This document shows positions 26,479 to 33,882 of a DNA stretch of 33,882 nt, piece after piece; position 1 is the stretch's first letter; the number at the start of each line of letters is the position of its first letter. Both the position numbers and the translations under genes were made by a program. Below the pieces are notes generated by a model. It made no database searches, was not told where the DNA came from, and saw only the letters and a program-made list of their open reading frames with translations. Source of the DNA: an uncultured Bryobacterales bacterium (GTDB lineage Bacteria > Acidobacteriota > Terriglobia > Bryobacterales > UBA6623); assembly GCA_964649285.1 (NCBI GenBank), contig CAZYOX010000004.1:1-33882 (forward strand), in the 5' to 3' direction.

Positions 26479-27402
26479 ATGATCACGCGCAGAAATTTCG
26501 CCCTCGCTTCTGCCGCCGCGACCGCCGCCGGCTGCAGTTCCGCTGAGGCGCCCAGCGAACCTGCCGCGCCGATGACCAAGATGACGCTCAGCATCCACCA
26601 GAACACCGCCCGGCCTGCCGGCTACCGGGGTTCGCTCGAAGGTTGGGCGAAGGCGGGCATCAAGTACGTCGAACTCAACGACGGCGTACTCGATGCATTC
26701 CTCGAAACCGACACGCTCGCTGCCGCCAAACAGATCCTCACCGACAACGGTCTGACTCCCGTGTGTGGGGCGATCATGGCTCAAGACCTCTGGCTTCCCG
26801 GACCTGAGCACCAGAACGCTCTCGAAACCTGGCGAAAGCGTTGTGAACAATACAAAGAACTCGGCTTGGAGAGAATCTATTCACCGTCGGGCACGAACCG
26901 CCCCGTCACCCTCGAAGACTTCGCAGCGACGCCCGCCTGCATCCGCGAGGCGGGTGACATCGCCTCCGAATACGAGCTGACCGGCATGATTGAATTCACT
27001 CGTACCTCAACGCACCTTGCGACGCTCGGCTCCGCCCTCAGAGTCATCCGCGAAGCCGACCACCCGAACATCAAGCCCATGCTCGATTTCTTCCATTTCT
27101 GGTCGGGCCTGAGCAAATTCGAAGACCTCGAGACGCTGGAACAAGGCGAGATACAGCACTGCCACTTCCAAGACCTGCTCGACGCTCCGCGAGAACTCAC
27201 CGACAACTCCTACCGTTTGATCCCGGGCGACGGCGTCACGCCGATCGCCAAGATCATTCACAAGCTCTCCGAGAAAGGTTATGCCGGCGCCTTGTCCGTC
27301 GAGCTCTTCCGCGACGAGATCGTCAACGGCGACCCCTACGAAGTGGCGACGGAAATCCGCACCAAGTGCGAACGCGTCATGACCGCTGCCGGCGTCGCCT
27401 AA
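26479..27402 (+). CDS. Sugar phosphate isomerase/epimerase-family TIM-barrel protein, Tat lipoprotein
   Basis: 'TRRNF...AAGC' Tat/lipobox. Metal-ligand pattern IEF, LDFFH, HFQD, 'RLIPGDG', SVELF. Confidence 0.85.
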   Translation: MITRRNFALASAAATAAGCSSAEAPSEPAAPMTKMTLSIHQNTARPAGYRGSLEGWAKAGIKYVELNDGVLDAFLETDTLAAAKQILTDNGLTPVCGAIMAQDLWLPGPEHQNALETWRKRCEQYKELGLERIYSPSGTNRPVTLEDFAATPACIREAGDIASEYELTGMIEFTRTSTHLATLGSALRVIREADHPNIKPMLDFFHFWSGLSKFEDLETLEQGEIQHCHFQDLLDAPRELTDNSYRLIPGDGVTPIAKIIHKLSEKGYAGALSVELFRDEIVNGDPYEVATEIRTKCERVMTAAGVA

Positions 27403-27512
27403 CGCGGCGGCAGATCGGCCTGGATCATCCGCAGTCCTCTCCCCGAACGCGCCTGACCACGCCGCGCCTTGTTCGCTAAACTAATCCCCAACCCAAAAGG
27501 GGGACTTCAACC

Positions 27513-28001
27513 ATGAGCGAAATCACACTACAGGTCAACGGCGCCGCGCACACCGTGGACGTTGAACCGTCCACCCCGCTGCTCTATATCCTGCGCAACG
27601 ATCTCGATCTGAGCGGGCCGCGCTTCGGTTGCGGCCTTGGTCAATGCGGCGTTTGCACCGTGCTAGTCGACGGGCGCGCGGTACGTTCTTGCATCACGCC
27701 CACATCCTCTGTCGCTGGGAAACAGATCACCACCCTCGAAGGGCTTTCTCAGAACGGTCGGCTTGATCCCGTCCAACAAGCCTGGATCGACGAACAAGTT
27801 CCACAATGCGGCTTCTGCCAAAACGGACAGATTCTCACCGCCAAGGCGCTGCTCGCCAACAATCCGAATCCCACAGACGCGGAGATCCGCCAGGGCATGG
27901 AGGGCGCGCTGTGCCGTTGCATGACCTACTATCGCATTCAGGCCGCCGTCAAACGCGCCGCGCGCACAATGGCCGCCGCCAACCAGGAGGTGACGGCATG
28001 A
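27513..28001 (+). CDS. (2Fe-2S)-binding small subunit, CoxS/IorA family
   Basis: 'FGCGLGQCGVCTV...SC', 'QCGFCQ', 'LCRC'. Stop overlaps the next start (ATGA). Confidence 0.93.
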   Translation: MSEITLQVNGAAHTVDVEPSTPLLYILRNDLDLSGPRFGCGLGQCGVCTVLVDGRAVRSCITPTSSVAGKQITTLEGLSQNGRLDPVQQAWIDEQVPQCGFCQNGQILTAKALLANNPNPTDAEIRQGMEGALCRCMTYYRIQAAVKRAARTMAAANQEVTA

Positions 28002-30292
28002 CTTCCCGCAGAGAATTCCTCAAGAATACAGGCCTGCTCGTCGTCGGCATCGGCTCGGCGCAGTTTGCATCCGCGCAAGCCGCCGGCCCTTACCCCGATA
28101 TCGACTTCTATCAGCTGGATTCCTGGATCGTCATCCGCGAAGACAACACCGCCACTTTCTATGTCGGCAAAACCGACCTCGGACAGGGAACCGGCACTGC
28201 CTTCCGCCAGATCATGTCCGACGAGTTGGATATCGCCTACGATAAGACCGACGTCGTCATGGGCGTCACCGACCGCACGCCCGATCAAGGCGGCTCGGGC
28301 GGCTCGGATGCGTTGCAGAGCGACGGCTGGCCGATGCGTCGCGTTGCTGCCGAAGCTCGCCGCGTCTTGCTGAGCCTGGCCTCGGATCGTTTTAACGTCC
28401 CCGTCGAGCAACTCTCCGTCAGCGATGGCGTAGTCACTGTCACGGCCAATCCGTCCCGCCGCGTTACCTACGGCGAACTCATCGGCGGCAAGCGCTTCAA
28501 CGTGACTCTCACGGGACGCAATATTAACGAGGTCACCGGTCAAGCGCCGCTCAAGACCGTCCAGCAACTCAAAGTGACTGGCACGTCGCCGCAGCGCTTC
28601 GACATTCCGCCCAAAGTAGACGGCTCGCTCAAGTGGGCCGTCGACGTCAAAGTCCCTGGCATGGTGCATGCCCGCAACGTTAAGCCGCCGACGGCCGGCG
28701 CTCAGCTCGTCAGCATCGACGAATCTTCCGTCAATAGTGTCCCCGGCTTGATTCAAGTCGTCCGAGAAGGCAACTACGTCGCCGTGGTCTGCGAACGCGA
28801 AGAGCAAGCGATCCAGGCCGCCCGCCAACTCAAGGCCGAGTGGAAGAAACCGGAATCCTCGCCTTTCCCGCCGTCCGACGACCTGCATTCTTTCATGCGC
28901 GCGGCCGAGCCTATCTCCAGCGGCGAGCCTCGCGTTGAGGGCGATCCGGACGCGGCGTTTGCGGGTGCGGCTAAGACCTTCGAGGGCGACTATTTCGTTC
29001 CCCTGGTTGGACATACAGCCATCGGCCCGGCGCACGCCATGGCTGACCCCTCTGACGGTCAGCTCACCATTTATTCCAACGACATGAAGTCTTATGGGCT
29101 GCGCGCCGGCGTCGCCAAGTTCCTCAACATGCCCGCCGACAAGATCCGCGTTGTTTGGATGGACGGCCCGCAGGCCTACGGACGCACTGCCGCTGACGAT
29201 GCTGGCTTCGAGGCCGCCTACTTGGCGACCAAGCTCAACCGCCCCGTCCGCGTGCAATGGATGCGCGACGAAGAGACGGCCTGGGATACCAAAGGTCCCG
29301 CCTACGCCATGCGCATGCGCGGCGCACTCGACGCGAACGGCAATCTTATCGCCGCCGATCAAGACTTCCGCGCCATCGACTACAACCACGTTGGCTACAA
29401 CGAGCACGACTCCGTGCTCATCGCCCAACTGACCGGACGCCGTCGCGCCACGCCCGCCAACGGCCGTGCATCGGTTTCGACGGACTTTTACGCCATTCCC
29501 AACCGACGCTTTTCCACGCACGTCGTTAGTCTGCCGCTGATTTGGGAAACGCCCTTGCGAACCGGCAATCTGCGCGACCCGGATGGGCCGCAGGTCACCT
29601 TTGGCTCGGAGTCATTCATCGACGAAATGGCCTACGAGGCCGGTGCGGATCCGCTCGCATTTCGTCTGAAGATGCTTGAGGCAAGCACGGACGACGACGA
29701 GGGCTTCCGCCGTGCCCGTTCCATCGCCTGCGTCAAAGCTGCCGCCGAGGCATACGGTTGGGACACACGCACATCGCCCAAGCCGCGCGGAGATGGCGAT
29801 ATCCTCACCGGGCGCGGGATTGCCTACTCCTACCGTAGTCAAACCATCGCCGCCGAGATCGCCGAAGTTGAGGTCAACCGGCGCACCGGAAAAGTCTGGG
29901 TCAAGCGAATCGTATGCGCCCACGATTGCGGACTCGTTGTTAATCCGGAAGGACTGCGCCATACCGTCGAATGCGGTCTGCAGTACGCGCTGAGTCGCGC
30001 CTTGCACGAAGAGGTCGCATTTAACTCTGAGAAGGTCACCAGCGTCGACTGGGGCTCGCATCCCTCGCTGCGGCATTCGGACACCCCCGAGAAAATCGAG
30101 GTCGTCATCGTCAATGGCGACCCCAACCCCGACCGCCCCGACCTGCCGCACTACGGCGCCGGCGAAGCTTGCACGAAGCCGTTCTTGGCCGCCGTGGGCA
30201 ATGCAATCTTCGACGCTACCGGCGTCCGCATCCGCAGCGTTCCGTTTAGGCCGGCACGCGTGCTCGCGGCGCTGAAGGCAGCCAACGTCTAA
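27998..30292 (+). CDS. Xanthine dehydrogenase-family molybdopterin large subunit (IorB/NicB-like), Tat-exported
   Basis: Tat signal SRREFLK, 'GKTDLGQG', 'TPDQG.SGGS', 'AYGRTAADD', 'ESFIDEMA', 'AHDCG.VVNP', catalytic-Glu motif 'GAGE', 'NAIFDATGVR'. Confidence 0.92.
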   Translation: MTSRREFLKNTGLLVVGIGSAQFASAQAAGPYPDIDFYQLDSWIVIREDNTATFYVGKTDLGQGTGTAFRQIMSDELDIAYDKTDVVMGVTDRTPDQGGSGGSDALQSDGWPMRRVAAEARRVLLSLASDRFNVPVEQLSVSDGVVTVTANPSRRVTYGELIGGKRFNVTLTGRNINEVTGQAPLKTVQQLKVTGTSPQRFDIPPKVDGSLKWAVDVKVPGMVHARNVKPPTAGAQLVSIDESSVNSVPGLIQVVREGNYVAVVCEREEQAIQAARQLKAEWKKPESSPFPPSDDLHSFMRAAEPISSGEPRVEGDPDAAFAGAAKTFEGDYFVPLVGHTAIGPAHAMADPSDGQLTIYSNDMKSYGLRAGVAKFLNMPADKIRVVWMDGPQAYGRTAADDAGFEAAYLATKLNRPVRVQWMRDEETAWDTKGPAYAMRMRGALDANGNLIAADQDFRAIDYNHVGYNEHDSVLIAQLTGRRRATPANGRASVSTDFYAIPNRRFSTHVVSLPLIWETPLRTGNLRDPDGPQVTFGSESFIDEMAYEAGADPLAFRLKMLEASTDDDEGFRRARSIACVKAAAEAYGWDTRTSPKPRGDGDILTGRGIAYSYRSQTIAAEIAEVEVNRRTGKVWVKRIVCAHDCGLVVNPEGLRHTVECGLQYALSRALHEEVAFNSEKVTSVDWGSHPSLRHSDTPEKIEVVIVNGDPNPDRPDLPHYGAGEACTKPFLAAVGNAIFDATGVRIRSVPFRPARVLAALKAANV

Positions 30293-30310
30293 CCTTTAGG
30301 GGAACTTTAA

Positions 30311-30334
30311 GGGGCAGGCGCCCGTGCCTGCCCC
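30311..30334. repeat. GC-rich palindrome (REP-like hairpin or terminator)
   Basis: ggggcaggc-N6-gcctgcccc perfect 9-bp stem, downstream of the molybdoenzyme gene. Confidence 0.55.
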
Positions 30335-30413
30335 CGCGTACGCACGGCATTTGGCTGATCGCATTGATCGGGCGTAATCCTTCTACTCCCTCCGCCGCGA
30401 CTAAGGAGCGTAT

Positions 30414-30746
30414 ATGGCTGACTATTACAATCAACAGGATCTTCCTCGTTTTGGGGAAATGGGTAAGAATGTCCCAGAGCTTTGGGAGAAGTTCCAGGCT
30501 TGGTACGGCGCCGTCTTCCAAGGGGGAGCGTTGTCGGAGCGTGAAAAGGCGCTGATCGCCCTAGCCGTCGCTCATGCCTTGCCGTGCCCTTACTGTATCG
30601 ACGCCTATACTCAGGAGTGCCTGGAGAAAGGTTCGAACATGGACCAGATGACCGAAGCTGTGCACGTCGCGTCAGCCATCAAGGGCGGAGCCGCCCTGAT
30701 TCACGGTTTGCAGATGCGCAACGTGGCCGACAAGTTGAGCATGTAG
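30414..30746 (+). CDS. AhpD/CMD-family peroxidase-like protein associated with ArsS
   Basis: TAAGGAG RBS, 'GALSEREKALIALAVAHA..CPYCIDAY', 'GGAAL.HG.QM'. Lies directly upstream of an ArsS-like gene. Confidence 0.88.
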   Translation: MADYYNQQDLPRFGEMGKNVPELWEKFQAWYGAVFQGGALSEREKALIALAVAHALPCPYCIDAYTQECLEKGSNMDQMTEAVHVASAIKGGAALIHGLQMRNVADKLSM

Positions 30747-30759
30747 GAGCCGAATCCGC

Positions 30760-31797
30760 GTGACGCAACAGCTCGACGCTCGCGGGTTGGCGGTCTCCGC
30801 TGAGCAACTGCGCGTGCTCAACGCATCGACCTCTGGGCACAAGCCATTCGACGATACTCTCCAGGGCGCTGGCTTGCACCCTCTGGTGGCTGCGGGCATC
30901 GAGATTTTCCAGATCAACGTTGGCAAGTTCTGCAACCAGGCCTGCCGCCACTGCCATGTCGGCGCTGGACCAGATCGCCGCGAAATCATGACCCAACAGA
31001 CGGCCGAGCTAGCCGTTAGAGCTCTGCGCCAGACGGAGGCGCACACCGTCGACATCACCGGCGGCGCTCCGGAACTCGCGCCCCCGTTCCGATACCTCGT
31101 GGAGGAATCGAGAAAGCTCGGCAAGCGTATTATCGATCGCTGCAACTTGACCGTCCTGCTGCTTCCGTCGCAATCCAGTTTGGCCGGCTTCCTGGCTGAG
31201 AACGAGGTGGAGATCGTTGCCAGCCTGCCGTACTTCCTGGCCGAAAGAACCGACGCGCAGCGAGGCAAAGGCATCTTCGACAAATCGATCGCGGCGTTGC
31301 GGCTATTGAACTCACTCGGTTACGGTCGTCCAGAGTCGAATCTAAAATTGAATCTCGTTTACAACCCGACCGGCGCATTCCTGCCGCCTTCCCAATCGGG
31401 ACTGGAACTCGATTTCAAGCGCGAGCTTCACGCGCGCTACGGCATCGTCTTTAACTCGCTCTACACGATCACCAATATGCCGATTAGCCGGTTCCTTGAG
31501 TTCCTCATACGCTCGGGGAATTATGAGCGCTATATGACCCGCCTGGTCAACGCCTTCAACCCTGCTGCCGCTGCGGGCGTGATGTGCCGCAATACGCTTT
31601 CGGTGGGCTGGGACGGAAAACTGTACGACTGCGACTTCAACCAAATGCTTGAACTGCCCCTCGGCTATGGCGCCCCCGCTCGCCTCGAAGACTTCGTCGC
31701 CGCCGACCTGGGTTGCCGCCGGATCGTCACCGGACAACACTGCTATGGTTGTACCGCCGGAGCCGGTTCAAGCTGCGGCGGCGCGACTGCTGGTTGA
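30760..31797 (+). CDS. arsS: Arsenosugar-biosynthesis radical SAM protein ArsS-like (radical SAM plus DUF3641 Cys-rich tail)
   Basis: CNQACRHC, 'VDITGGAPEL', 'IDRCNLT', 'NMPISRF', 'YDCDFNQM', 'HCYGCTAGAGSSCGG'. AGGAG RBS. Confidence 0.88.
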   Translation: MTQQLDARGLAVSAEQLRVLNASTSGHKPFDDTLQGAGLHPLVAAGIEIFQINVGKFCNQACRHCHVGAGPDRREIMTQQTAELAVRALRQTEAHTVDITGGAPELAPPFRYLVEESRKLGKRIIDRCNLTVLLLPSQSSLAGFLAENEVEIVASLPYFLAERTDAQRGKGIFDKSIAALRLLNSLGYGRPESNLKLNLVYNPTGAFLPPSQSGLELDFKRELHARYGIVFNSLYTITNMPISRFLEFLIRSGNYERYMTRLVNAFNPAAAAGVMCRNTLSVGWDGKLYDCDFNQMLELPLGYGAPARLEDFVAADLGCRRIVTGQHCYGCTAGAGSSCGGATAG

Positions 31798-31834
31798 ATA
31801 CAAATCGCCTTGTTTGACTGCCTGCTAATCTGAG

Positions 31835-31876
31835 ATGGAAACGGCCTACTCAATCGAGCGGGCCGTTTCCGTTTTC
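31835..31876 (+). terminator. Intrinsic terminator after arsS
   Basis: Stem atggaaacggcc/ggccgtttccgt followed by tttc. Confidence 0.65.
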
Positions 31877-32153
31877 GGTGCTTCCGCTATCCGGCGCCGC
31901 TCGCGAGTTCGTCCGGAGGTGTCCCGTTAGCAACTTAACTCAAGGCCCCGGCTTAATGGAATCAACAACGTAAGTTCATTTTGCCTCGGCAGAATCGGAC
32001 ATTCGTGGACGCATGCGGCCAAACAACGCACTCTCGCGGCTAAGCCTCGCAAAAACAGGCGCTGCAACGGCCAATTTTCGACAAGTAGAGATGTGGTTTG
32101 TCCCTGTTGTCCATCGGATGCGGGCTATAATCCCTGCGAACGAGATACTGTCC

Positions 32154-33668
32154 ATGCCCGAATATCGCTACGTTGAATATCCCGATGCCAAGGTTTACGA
32201 CGAGAACGACAAACAGGTTAACCATTTGCTTTTCGGCGACTGGGTTCGTTTAGAAGGGGCGCCCAGCAACGGCCGTGTGAAGGTTCGCGTGCGCGGTACG
32301 ACCGGCTTTATGAAGACTTCAGAGTTGCGTCAAGACCGCGTGCTTGAGGTGGTCTTCACCGATGTGGGCCAAGGCGATGGCTGTCTGGTGGTGACTCCCA
32401 AAGACAAACACATCGTCATAGATGCCGGCGCCAGCGACAACATGTATCGCTTTCTCAAGTGGCGCTATGCGGGCTTCAAGCGGAAGTGGACCTTTCAATC
32501 GGCGATCATAACCCATCCCGATCTCGATCACTACGAGGGCTATCGTAAGTTGTTCGAAGAACAAAACGTACACTTCGAATCCGTCTTCCATAACGGCATC
32601 ATGGAAGAGAAAGGGCCGCAGTCCGGCGCTCTCGGGCCGCGCAAGAAAATCGACGGCCGCTGGCATCTCACCGGTTTGATGGAAACCCAAGCCGATCTGG
32701 CCGCTTTCCTTGCTGACGCAAGCCGATGGGGAACTGGCGCCTCCGCAAAAAAATATGCCTCACTGCTCAATACGGCGCTTGGCTCCCAACGCGTGGGCGA
32801 GATACGCATGCTGGGCGCGGAAGCGGCGGGAGATGAAACGTACTTACCGGGCTACGGCCCGAATCAGGACCTGACTATCCAGGTCTTGGGACCCCTTATT
32901 GAACGCGATCCGGACGGCAAGGCGATGCTGCGCGCGTTCGGCGAAAAGCCTTCTAGTAAAGCCTTCGACGTCGGTATCACCAAGAACGGTCACTCGGTGA
33001 TCTTGTTGCTTACGTACGGGGACGTGCGGCTGCTGTTCGGGGGCGACTTGAACTCGTCGTCCGAAGCGTTCCTGCTCAACCATTACTCGAGCGTTGGCTA
33101 TCAATGGCCTTGGTCCGCCGCTGAAGAGCAAGAGATCGTCGATGCCGCAGCCGGCAAGTTGGGATGCGATATCGCCAAGACTTGCCATCACGGCTCCGCG
33201 GACTTTCTCGACGCCTTCCTCAAGGCGACGCAGCCGGCGGCGACCGTGATATCCAGCGGCGACGAGGAGTCCCACGCACATCCGCGGCCCGATACTTTGG
33301 GAGCGATCGGACTTCATGGCCGCGGCCGGAGACCACTGCTCTTCTCAACCGAACTGATGCGTTCCACGCGCGAAAACGAAGGTTCCTTGTCCGTCGAGGT
33401 GGGACGTTTGCGCCAGAAGCTTGAGAGTGAAACCGACCCGGTGGAACGCGACGAGATCAAGAAGGAACTCGACGCCGTCGTCGACAAGCTGCTCGAACGC
33501 AATGTGACGGTCTACGGTTCGGTCAATTTGCGCACAGACGGCGTGCGCACGATCATGGCCTACAAACTGGAGGCGGAACGCCTGTTGGGCAAGAACCTGA
33601 CGAAGTGGGATATCTATCCGCTCACGCGCACCGGCAACGGCCCGATCAGCTACCAACCGGAGGATTGA
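32154..33668 (+). CDS. ComEC/Rec2-type metallo-beta-lactamase-fold hydrolase with N-terminal SH3-like segment
   Basis: 'DVGQGDG', 'IDAG', THPDLDH, 'GDL', 'HHGS', 'HPRP'. TATAAT at 32126-32131 supports ATG 32154 over the longer ORF start. Confidence 0.85.
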   Translation: MPEYRYVEYPDAKVYDENDKQVNHLLFGDWVRLEGAPSNGRVKVRVRGTTGFMKTSELRQDRVLEVVFTDVGQGDGCLVVTPKDKHIVIDAGASDNMYRFLKWRYAGFKRKWTFQSAIITHPDLDHYEGYRKLFEEQNVHFESVFHNGIMEEKGPQSGALGPRKKIDGRWHLTGLMETQADLAAFLADASRWGTGASAKKYASLLNTALGSQRVGEIRMLGAEAAGDETYLPGYGPNQDLTIQVLGPLIERDPDGKAMLRAFGEKPSSKAFDVGITKNGHSVILLLTYGDVRLLFGGDLNSSSEAFLLNHYSSVGYQWPWSAAEEQEIVDAAAGKLGCDIAKTCHHGSADFLDAFLKATQPAATVISSGDEESHAHPRPDTLGAIGLHGRGRRPLLFSTELMRSTRENEGSLSVEVGRLRQKLESETDPVERDEIKKELDAVVDKLLERNVTVYGSVNLRTDGVRTIMAYKLEAERLLGKNLTKWDIYPLTRTGNGPISYQPED

Positions 33669-33882
33669 AAATAACGCGGAAAAAAGGATGACGGTGAAAC
33701 AGGCCGTGCTGTTCTGACATCCAACTGTGACCGCCACTCCGTATCCGGCAATCGTCGGCTCTTGTGAAAGGAGGCAGGTCGGTATATGAGGCGCCTGGAA
33801 AGGGAAGAACTAAATAGCTTCTGCGCAGTTGGTGTTGCATCCGCGTTTCTTGTCGCCGCGGTCGACCTGGTTTCGGATGCGC

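Noticed and set aside
27806-27997. N-terminal extensions given by the ORF track (also 17787-17945, 24489-24602, 24677-24835, 25177-25251, 32013-32153)
   Set aside because: They overlap neighbouring genes or promoters; downstream starts fit better with the RBS, -10 or signal-peptide evidence.
27938-29521. 527-aa minus-strand ORF
   Set aside because: Antisense shadow of the molybdoenzyme gene, expected from GC-rich codon bias; no recognisable motifs.
31770-31830. Selenocysteine read-through in arsS
   Set aside because: The candidate position is TGC (Cys); the terminal TGA follows the complete conserved C-terminus.
33786-33882. Possible ORF start (AGGAGG then ATG, MRRLEREELN...) running off the window
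   Set aside because: Only 32 codons visible, long RBS spacing and no motif; cannot be told apart from the 3' end of a minus-strand gene.
1-33882. CRISPR array, tRNA/rRNA, transposase or integrase
   Set aside because: No regularly spaced repeats, cloverleaf or rRNA-like segments, or recombinase motifs seen by eye.

Overview
GC-rich bacterial chromosomal segment with about 25 protein-coding genes and no rRNA, tRNA, CRISPR array or transposase that I could recognise. The gene families (Oar-type TonB-dependent receptors, PD40 propeller, multiheme-TPR protein, DUF1592/DUF1552, DUF1080, PmoA-like lipoprotein) suggest Acidobacteriota, probably Bryobacterales-like; this is an inference. Left to right: the tail of a TolB-like propeller protein; a 7-heme cytochrome c/TPR protein; a block of TonB receptor, diheme DUF1592 protein, Tat-exported DUF1552 protein, secreted ankyrin protein and DUF1080 protein; a PmoA/DUF6807 lipoprotein; a minus-strand run (in transcription order) thiS, MerR-like, lolA, pilC-like, small YLDPG membrane peptide and NoeA-like kinase/methyltransferase; a BNR-repeat protein; a TonB receptor/PepSY-TM pair; OsmC, serine hydrolase, Tat TIM-barrel lipoprotein and a two-subunit Tat molybdoenzyme; an AhpD-like/ArsS radical SAM pair; and a stand-alone ComEC-type MBL hydrolase. 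The best candidates for an uncharacterised system are the TonB receptor/DUF1592/DUF1552/ankyrin periplasmic redox module and the YLDPG peptide plus kinase-methyltransferase pair. All family calls come from motif recognition by eye, not database searches.
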